Below are positions 56,862-64,000 of a DNA stretch of 64,000 nt, one piece after another (position 1 is the first letter of the stretch; each line of letters starts with the position of its first letter). The position numbers and the translations under genes are program-made. The DNA is from Candidatus Woesearchaeota archaeon. GTDB taxonomy: Archaea; Nanobdellota; Nanobdellia; Pacearchaeales; GW2011-AR1. The notes beneath the pieces are model-generated. The model worked only from the letters and a program-made list of their open reading frames with translations. It was not told the origin of the DNA and searched no databases. Where the stretch lies: contig CAYWQI010000001.1 of the NCBI GenBank assembly GCA_964460535.1, positions 26,856 through 90,855 of the forward strand, in the 5' to 3' direction.

Positions 56862-58112
56862 ATGCAAGATAATTCAGAAAACATTAAATTTGAAACTATA
56901 AAAAAACTAGTGCAAACAAAGTTCACTCCAAAAAATTTAGAAAATTTATCTCATCTTGACTCAACAAGTCCTCCAAGTGTTTTTATTGGAAGCAAATTAA
57001 AATATCCAAATGTTAATATTGGAATTCTCTCTCCTTTAGAAAGAGATAAAAATGCCTGGCTTTATGATAGTGAAAAATACTGGGCAAATAAAAACTTTGA
57101 AATAAATGAAGTAGTTAAATTAAGAAAAGGTCTTTTAAATTCAAGATTTAGAGGAGTTGTTAAAGATGCAAGAGCTTCAAATCTCTCTAGTAAAAACAAT
57201 AGATTTATTGAAATAGCAAAACAAATAGCTCTAGGAAACAAGCCAGTTGATTTAGAGATTGATTTAAAGAATAAACTTAATTCAGAATACAAAAAAGACA
57301 GAATTCTAAAACCCACAGGTTTTAAAGGAAGTTTAAAGCAAGCTAAGATAATTGGAAATGTAAAAATTGAAAGACAAATAGAGAAAGTAATAGATGACAA
57401 TATAAAATCTTCTGAAGCTTTAAAACAGTTGTATGAAAAGAATATTGATGAATATAAATTAAACAAAATCCTTTCAGTAGGAGTTTTAGGTTTAAAGAAA
57501 AATAAAAAATTTGTTCCCACACGTTGGTCTATTACAGCAACAGATGATACTTTAGGAAAAAACTTAATTGAGCAAATTAAGAATTATAAATGTATTGAAA
57601 ACCATGAGTTTTTCTTTGGAGAGTTTTTAGGAAATTGTTATTTAATAATGCTTTTTCCAGATGTCTGGTCTTATGAACTTTTTGAATTATATCTTCCTGG
57701 AAGTTCATGGAATCCAAGTAAAGAATTAAAAGCATCAACAAATTATGAATTTTATGAAGGTAGAAAAACCTATGCAGAAGAAACAGCAGGAGGTTATTAT
57801 GCATCACGACTTCCAATTTTAGAATATCTAAATAAAAATAAAAGACAAGCAAGTGTTTTAGTAATAAGAATTGAAACTCCAAGTTATTGGGCTTCTCTTG
57901 GAGTCTGGGTTGTGAGAGAAAGCGTAAGAAAAGCATTGCATAATCCAGCAAGAAAAAACAAACCCATGCAATTTGATTCAAGAAAAGAAATTATAGAAGC
58001 ATGCAAAAAAATTTCAATGATAAAATATGGATATAATCCTGAAAAAATTATAAAGAAAAGTGTTTTATTAAATACAATCAAAACCCAGAAAAAACTTGGA
58101 GAGTGGTTTTGA
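56862..58112 (+). CDS. nreA: DNA repair protein NreA
   Basis: SPPSVFIG..YPNV, VPTRWSITATDD, GGYYASRL, LGVWVVRE, C-terminal PIP box QKKLGEWF. Confidence 0.92.
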   Translation: MQDNSENIKFETIKKLVQTKFTPKNLENLSHLDSTSPPSVFIGSKLKYPNVNIGILSPLERDKNAWLYDSEKYWANKNFEINEVVKLRKGLLNSRFRGVVKDARASNLSSKNNRFIEIAKQIALGNKPVDLEIDLKNKLNSEYKKDRILKPTGFKGSLKQAKIIGNVKIERQIEKVIDDNIKSSEALKQLYEKNIDEYKLNKILSVGVLGLKKNKKFVPTRWSITATDDTLGKNLIEQIKNYKCIENHEFFFGEFLGNCYLIMLFPDVWSYELFELYLPGSSWNPSKELKASTNYEFYEGRKTYAEETAGGYYASRLPILEYLNKNKRQASVLVIRIETPSYWASLGVWVVRESVRKALHNPARKNKPMQFDSRKEIIEACKKISMIKYGYNPEKIIKKSVLLNTIKTQKKLGEWF

Positions 58113-58135
58113 ATATCTCATAAAACAAGGAAGTT

Positions 58136-58693
58136 TTAATAATTAACAATAGCATCTTTATTTGTTTCACCAACAAAAGGTTCAATTATGCTCCATATTT
58201 TATCAAATTCCTGATTTTCTTTATCATTAAAATAATCTCTTGTTTTTTTAATCCAATTTTCTCTTTCATTGTCCCTATATCTTAATAATGTTCCATAACC
58301 CGGATGAGATTCTCTTCCAAAAGCAAAACAATCTTGAGTAACAAGTTCAGCAACAACAAAATGTTCATCTCTATAAGGAACTTCTATGTTATTAATACCT
58401 CTATGTTTAAATGCAGATTCAATACCTTTTCCTATTCTTTCAGAGAATTTTCCCTTTATTTTTTCTAATTTCAGAGGTTTAGCAGAATCATAAGTTGTAC
58501 ATTTAACTTTGTCAGGAGTTATTTTACTTCCATTTAATTTATCTGATAAGATTTTCATTAGTGTTCTTGTTTCATATTCACTTGGAATATATAAATCAAG
58601 AAAAATAGGCTTATCAAATCTTGTTAATAAAGCATGTGTAGACATTTTTCCTAATTCATATTCTGGTGTATTAAAAAATTCAACTTGATCCAT
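58136..58693 (-). CDS. hypothetical protein
   Basis: 185-aa ORF. Confidence 0.55.
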   Translation of the reverse strand: MDQVEFFNTPEYELGKMSTHALLTRFDKPIFLDLYIPSEYETRTLMKILSDKLNGSKITPDKVKCTTYDSAKPLKLEKIKGKFSERIGKGIESAFKHRGINNIEVPYRDEHFVVAELVTQDCFAFGRESHPGYGTLLRYRDNERENWIKKTRDYFNDKENQEFDKIWSIIEPFVGETNKDAIVNY

Positions 58694-58870
58694 AAATTAA
58701 AAAACAGGTTTTTCTTTATAAATATTTATGTGCTTAATTCTCTGGTTTAAATTTATTCAAGCAAGAAACAGAAGTTACCTAATACTGTAAAAGCCCAAAA
58801 GAAATTTTTAAGATATTTAATAGTAATATATAAAAACCTTCAATTGTGTTTAATTTTGGTAAAAAATTGA

Positions 58871-60103
58871 ATGACTTTAGAAGCTGACATATTTATTTTA
58901 ATAATACTCATAGTGCTCTCAGGATTTTTTTCAGGTTCAGAAACAGCATTTTTTTCATTAAGCAAACTGAGAGTAGAGCATCTTGCTGAAAAAAAGAAAA
59001 AGGGCATTGAAACAGTAAAAAAACTAAAAGAAAAACCTCATTCATTATTAATAACTCTTTTAATTGGAAATAATTTAGTAAATGTGGGTTCATCTGCATT
59101 AGCCACAAAAATCTCTCTTGATTTTTTTCAAAATAGTGGAATAGGAATTGCTATTGGAGTTATGACTTTTTTAATTTTAACATTTGGAGAAATAATTCCA
59201 AAAAATTTTGCATTAAATCATAATGTGAGATTTTCTATTATCGCTGCAAAACCAATTTATTTTCTATTGATTGTCTTTTTTCCAATAATTAAGTTTTATG
59301 ATTTGTTTTTAAGGAAATCAAATAAATATTCTAAGGGTCCCATAGTAACTGAGGAAGAAATAAAAAGTTATGTAAAAGCAGGTCATAAGGCTGGAGAAAT
59401 CAAAAAACAAGAAAGAGAAATGATATCTAAAATTTTTCAATTTGATGATGTTGCTGTTAAAGAAATAATGACTCCAAAACCAGATATTTTTTTATTAAAT
59501 TCAGAAGATAAATTGCAAGACCATATTAAAGATTTTATTAAAAAACCCTATTCAAGGATTCCAGTTTATTTTAAAAATAAGGATAATATAATCGGAGTTT
59601 TGTACATAAAAGAAATCTTAAAAAAAATAGTTGACAAAAGAGTAAACAGAAAATTGAAAAATTTCGTAAAACCAGTTTTATTTGTACCTGAAACAAGGAT
59701 GATAGACAGTTTGTTAAAAGATTTTCAATTAAAAAACCAACACATGGCAATAGTTGTTGATGAACATGGAATTGTTTCAGGGCTGATTACCTTAGAAGAT
59801 ATCTTAGAGCAGATTGTAGGTGATATTCAAGACGAAGTAGATATTGATAAACCAGGAATAGAGAAAATTAATTATAAAAAATGGAAAATATCTGGAAAAG
59901 TAAATATACATGAAGTAAATGAAAAATTAAAAACAAGAATAAAAAACACTGACGATTATGATACTTTTGGAGGATACGTACTTCACAAAATAGGAAGAGT
60001 TCCAAAAACAGGAGAGATAATTAAAATTTATAATCATAAAATAAAAATTAACAGAAAAGCAGGACAAAGAATTCTTGATACAACAGTTTGGAAAATAAAA
60101 TAA
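58871..60103 (+). CDS. CNNM/CBS/CorC (TlyC-like) metal transporter
   Basis: FFSGSETA, FGEIIPK, IMTP, YSRIPV, VVDEHG...TLEDILEQIVGDI. Confidence 0.92.
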   Translation: MTLEADIFILIILIVLSGFFSGSETAFFSLSKLRVEHLAEKKKKGIETVKKLKEKPHSLLITLLIGNNLVNVGSSALATKISLDFFQNSGIGIAIGVMTFLILTFGEIIPKNFALNHNVRFSIIAAKPIYFLLIVFFPIIKFYDLFLRKSNKYSKGPIVTEEEIKSYVKAGHKAGEIKKQEREMISKIFQFDDVAVKEIMTPKPDIFLLNSEDKLQDHIKDFIKKPYSRIPVYFKNKDNIIGVLYIKEILKKIVDKRVNRKLKNFVKPVLFVPETRMIDSLLKDFQLKNQHMAIVVDEHGIVSGLITLEDILEQIVGDIQDEVDIDKPGIEKINYKKWKISGKVNIHEVNEKLKTRIKNTDDYDTFGGYVLHKIGRVPKTGEIIKIYNHKIKINRKAGQRILDTTVWKIK

Positions 60104-60115
60104 CTCTTTTATTAA

Positions 60116-62671
60116 TCATTCTTCTTTTTTTTCACTTTTACTAATTCCAGAAAATCCTGCTTCAGCTTGAAGTTTCTTTTTATATTCCTCTCTTTTTTTC
60201 TTAAGTTCTTCATTTGTAGGACAATCCGGATTAAAACAAAATATCCAAGGACGCTTTCCTTTTTTCAAGGCTGAAATCATTGGCCACCCACAACTTTCAC
60301 AGGTTTTTCCAGCAGGTTTCATCAAACCATTTGGAGGAAGAGAGTATGTATTTTTACAATCAGGATATGCATCACAGGCAACAAAATATCTTTTAAATCT
60401 TCTAGAATAATTAATAATCAAATTTCCTTTTTCACATTTAGGACATTTTCTTAGAGTATTTTCTCTTTTTTGTTGTTCAATATTCTCTATATTTGCATTT
60501 AAAAGTTCTTGACCAATTTTATTTTGATGTTCTATAAAATGTTTTGCTATTTTTCTTATGTTGGTTTTTGCTTCTTCTAAAACCTTCTCTTGTTTGGGTT
60601 TCAATTCTTCTTGTTTCTTAAGTTCACGAATAGATTCTGTTTCTTCTTCAAAATGTCTTGTTAATTTTTCATCAATTATAATTGGAGAATATTTTTCAAG
60701 TGTTGCAATTAAAGACATCCCTAAAGGAGTAGCTTCAATACTTTTGTCTTTAATATAACCTCGATTATACAGAGTTTCAAGAATATTTGAACGTGTTGCT
60801 TTAGTTCCAAGATTTCTTTTTTCTAGTTCACTTAAAATACTTGCAGGAGAATATCTTTTTGGAGGTTGTGTTTCCTTTTTCTCAAAGAAAATTTTTTCAA
60901 ATTTAACTTTTCCATTTAAATCTTCAATTGAATTTTCTTTTAATTTACTTGGATAAATTTCCATCCATGCTTTTTTAGTTACTTCAGAACCATTTCCAGA
61001 AAAATACATTTTTTTGTATTTTTCTTGTTCAGGAATAACTTTTATTTTTTTTCTATCAACAACTGCAGATTCACAAAACAAACTTAAAAATCTTTTAACA
61101 ATAAGATTGTAAATTTTTTCTTCATCTCCAGACAAAACTCTTCCAGAGGATTCAACTTCTCCAGTAGGATATATTGAAGGATGAGCTGGGTCTGTTTTTT
61201 TACCTTCAACAGGTTTTTTCTTGATAATTAATTTTTCTACATTATAATATCTAGCAAGTTTTTTAAGAATTTTATCATAACCAATACTTTCTGGAAGTTT
61301 TTGACTTGAAGTTCTTGGATATGAAATCAAACCTGCGAGATATAAACTCTGGGCAGCTTGCAGAGTTTTACTTGGTGTTATTCCATGAAATTTATATGCT
61401 TCTGTTTGTAGAGTTGTTAGATTAAAAGGAACTCCTGGAGGAATTTTTTGTTGAGATTTTTTTGTTTCAGAATTTCCAAATTTTCCTTGAAGTTCTTTAA
61501 AAATCTCTAATTTATCTTCTTCAAAAATATCTTTAGGATGTTGCAATTCTAATTCAGTTTCCTGATATTCTGGTGTTTGTCCTGAAACTTTTGAAAAAAT
61601 CTGCCAAAAAGGTTTTGGTTTAAAATTATTTATCTGTCTTTCTCTTTTAACAATAAGATTTAGTGCAGGTCCTTGAACTCTACCAATTGACATTAATTTA
61701 AACCTACCTGTTGTTTTAATAGCATTCATCAAAGCTTTAGAAAGATTTATACCATAAAACCAATCAAGATAATGTCTTGTTTCTCCTGCAATTGCTTGTC
61801 CCCATTCTATGCTATTAAGTTTGTTTTTGTAAGATTCTTCTAAATCACTTTTTGTTAGTGTTGAGAACTTCATTCTTGAAGCATCTTCTTGACCACAGAT
61901 ATATCTCAAAACATTCAATCCAATAACTTCTCCTTCAACATCAAAATCAGTTGCTATAGTTACTGAACTTGCACCTTTTACAAGTTTTGAAATATTATTA
62001 TAATATTTTCTAGTATAATCACTTTTCTTATTTGCAATAAAATTAGGAACCCATTTAACATCAAAAACAGGAATTCCTCCTCCAGTTGTAATTTGTTTTA
62101 AAGTTAAAAGATGTCCAACAGCACAAGCAACAATAATGTCTTTTCCTTCTTTAGAAAGTTCATAATAATAAATTCCTTTTGTTGGAGATTTTTGTTTTAC
62201 TTTTTCAGATAAAGCATAAGCAATTTTTCCAGCAGCCTGAGGTTTTTCTGTTATAATTAATTCATAACCTTTTCCTTCAGGTTTTAGATTTATTTTTTTA
62301 GGTTCATATTGAATAATCTGTTTAACAAGACTATTAGACTTTTTCCTTGATTTTGAGTATTTCTTTTTTGTTTTTTTCTTCCCTTTACTTTTACCTTTTT
62401 TCTTAATTATTTTTCCTGTTTCACCTAGTTTTTCTACTTTTTCAATTTCATTTTTTTCAGGACGATGATAGGGTTTTTCAACACTTCCTTCAGTATATTC
62501 TTTAGGATTTATCTGAGAGTATTTTTTTTCAACACTTGTTTTTAATTCAATCTCGTCAATTGTCTCATTTTTAATAGGCTTTTCAGTAGCTCTTTCTAAA
62601 TCTTCTTCATCAACTGGAAAAAAGTTTTCAGCTTGAGATTCTTCTTTTGTTTTTTTAGGTTTTTGAGGCAT
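60116..62671 (-). CDS. topA: type IA DNA topoisomerase with N-terminal charged extension
   Basis: IITEKP, ATDFDVEGE, SIGRVQGP, ISYPRT, LGTKATR, C-terminal Zn ribbons. Confidence 0.95.
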   Translation of the reverse strand: MPQKPKKTKEESQAENFFPVDEEDLERATEKPIKNETIDEIELKTSVEKKYSQINPKEYTEGSVEKPYHRPEKNEIEKVEKLGETGKIIKKKGKSKGKKKTKKKYSKSRKKSNSLVKQIIQYEPKKINLKPEGKGYELIITEKPQAAGKIAYALSEKVKQKSPTKGIYYYELSKEGKDIIVACAVGHLLTLKQITTGGGIPVFDVKWVPNFIANKKSDYTRKYYNNISKLVKGASSVTIATDFDVEGEVIGLNVLRYICGQEDASRMKFSTLTKSDLEESYKNKLNSIEWGQAIAGETRHYLDWFYGINLSKALMNAIKTTGRFKLMSIGRVQGPALNLIVKRERQINNFKPKPFWQIFSKVSGQTPEYQETELELQHPKDIFEEDKLEIFKELQGKFGNSETKKSQQKIPPGVPFNLTTLQTEAYKFHGITPSKTLQAAQSLYLAGLISYPRTSSQKLPESIGYDKILKKLARYYNVEKLIIKKKPVEGKKTDPAHPSIYPTGEVESSGRVLSGDEEKIYNLIVKRFLSLFCESAVVDRKKIKVIPEQEKYKKMYFSGNGSEVTKKAWMEIYPSKLKENSIEDLNGKVKFEKIFFEKKETQPPKRYSPASILSELEKRNLGTKATRSNILETLYNRGYIKDKSIEATPLGMSLIATLEKYSPIIIDEKLTRHFEEETESIRELKKQEELKPKQEKVLEEAKTNIRKIAKHFIEHQNKIGQELLNANIENIEQQKRENTLRKCPKCEKGNLIINYSRRFKRYFVACDAYPDCKNTYSLPPNGLMKPAGKTCESCGWPMISALKKGKRPWIFCFNPDCPTNEELKKKREEYKKKLQAEAGFSGISKSEKKEE

Positions 62672-62687
62672 TTTATTTCAAGAGTAT

Positions 62688-63497
62688 TTAATCGAGCAAA
62701 CGAGAAAGGTTTTTAATATTTTTGTTTGCAACATGAGTATAAATTTGAGTTGTTTGAAGATTTGCATGTCCTAAAAGTTGTTGAATATTCCTTAAATCAC
62801 ATCCTGCTTCAAGTAGATGAGTAGCAAAACTATGTCTTAGTGTGTGAGGAGTTACTCTTTTTTTAATACCTGCTCTTTGTGCTGCTTGTTTAACAATAGC
62901 TTGAATTGTTTGCTCAGAGTATTTTTTACCTCTGTTGGATTCAAAAATTTTACCTTCGCGACTAACCTTAAAATTATTTAATTCTTCAATCAAGGAATCA
63001 TGCAGAAAAACAATTCTTTGGTGTTCTCCCTTTGCAATTTTTAATTGAATAGTTTTTCTTTCAAAATCCAAATCCTCCCAGTTTAGATTTCTAACCTCTC
63101 CTAATCTCAATCCTCCGTAGTAAAGAAATCTTAAAATAAGGCGATGTTGTAAATTATCTGTTTTTTGAATCATTTTTAAGACCTCAAATTTGTTTAAAAC
63201 ATTTGGAAGTAAAATTTTCCTTTTTGCAAGAGGCATTTTTTCTCTAAAATTTGATTTTAAGACAAAATTATAATAAAACTGCAATGCAAAATAAACACTC
63301 CTTAGTGTGTTTCTACTCTTTTTAGAATATTTTAATAAAAATTCTTTTGGATTTTCCTTGCTTTTGAGATATAATGTAACATAGTAAAGATATTTCTTTT
63401 TTGTCTTAGAAGAATATTTTCTCAGGTTAAGTTCCTGGTTTAAGGTATTAATTTTTTCAGATATCTCTGCATCTTCCATAATAATTAGGGGAAACAA
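62688..63497 (-). CDS. XerA/XerD-like tyrosine recombinase
   Basis: GLRLGE, AKG, HTLRHSFATHLLE, LLGH...TTQIYTHV; no IntI-type insertion visible. Confidence 0.9.
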   Translation of the reverse strand: MFPLIIMEDAEISEKINTLNQELNLRKYSSKTKKKYLYYVTLYLKSKENPKEFLLKYSKKSRNTLRSVYFALQFYYNFVLKSNFREKMPLAKRKILLPNVLNKFEVLKMIQKTDNLQHRLILRFLYYGGLRLGEVRNLNWEDLDFERKTIQLKIAKGEHQRIVFLHDSLIEELNNFKVSREGKIFESNRGKKYSEQTIQAIVKQAAQRAGIKKRVTPHTLRHSFATHLLEAGCDLRNIQQLLGHANLQTTQIYTHVANKNIKNLSRLLD

Positions 63498-63678
63498 TAA
63501 TATTTAAATCTTTTTATCAAATATTTGGGGTAATAGATGTTCAACTCAATCGTGAGCCAAAACTAAAATGTAAAAAGTTAGTAAAGAGGACACTTTAAAC
63601 CCCCCGACCACCCGCCCCTATTTGGAGAGATTGTCTTTTTTCTTGAGAATGTTGTTCCCCCCTCAAAGACGGAAAATT

Positions 63679-64000
63679 TTATTTTAAATCTATGCCAAGC
63701 TTTAAAAGATGATTCTTTAAGTCCGCATATCCTTTAAAGTGAATTGAATACATGCCCAATTTTTTAGGAGGAATAACATCATCTAAAACTTTATCTCCAA
63801 TCATAACACACTCATTAGCCTTTAATTTTGAAGTCTTCAACATTGTTTTAAAAAACTCTTGAGATGGCTTAATGACACCAACATTATAAGAGAATAAAGG
63901 ATAATCAACATATTTTAATAAATCTGTCTTTTCCTTGACTTTTTTTATTGCAAATTCACTGCTGTTGGAAATCAACCCAATTTTATACCCTTGCTTTCTA
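63679..64000 (-). CDS. HAD-family hydrolase (5' end outside window)
   Basis: LGLISNS, KPSQEFF, MIGD..LDD. Confidence 0.85.
   Translation of the reverse strand, partial: RKQGYKIGLISNSSEFAIKKVKEKTDLLKYVDYPLFSYNVGVIKPSQEFFKTMLKTSKLKANECVMIGDKVLDDVIPPKKLGMYSIHFKGYADLKNHLLKLGIDLK

Noticed and set aside
62688..63497. Bona fide integron integrase IntI
   Set aside because: Lacks the IntI-specific insertion, and no canonical attC array is visible in the window
1..64000. Additional remote VR targets of the TR; stop-codon recoding
   Set aside because: No second TR-like match noticed by eye (needs a computational check). Genes end normally at TAA/TAG/TGA, and the tRNA with anticodon TGA is an ordinary Ser tRNA, not a suppressor

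Overview
AT-rich, gene-dense archaeal chromosome segment, most consistent with a DPANN archaeon (Pacearchaeota/Woesearchaeota-like). Markers include a fused PriS-PriL primase, PCNA, RpoE'/Spt4/RpoL, aIF5B, rpl1-P0-L12, RadB, NreA, Hjc and four intronless tRNAs. The main accessory feature is a compact diversity-generating retroelement (DGR) at ~40.05-42.13 kb. It comprises a 267-aa target gene with an 82-nt variable repeat (40697-40778), a template repeat (41034-41115) within a structured region that has its own TATA box, and a DGR-type reverse transcriptase, with no avd gene nearby. Of 18 VR/TR mismatches, 17 are at TR adenines and 16 of those are A->G. The RT is split by a frameshift at an (AG)7 microsatellite; removing one unit restores a 327-aa ORF, suggesting a phase-variable on/off switch. 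The RT also has DVDD in place of YxDD. Other notable items are seven mosaic ~216-234-bp intergenic repeats with terminal inverted repeats, an ABAB micro-ORF tandem array upstream of acylphosphatase, an intact GGDEF diguanylate cyclase, a pheA/tyrA operon with a decayed tyrA, and an Xer-like recombinase beside a possible recombination site. All assignments are by eye, without database searches.
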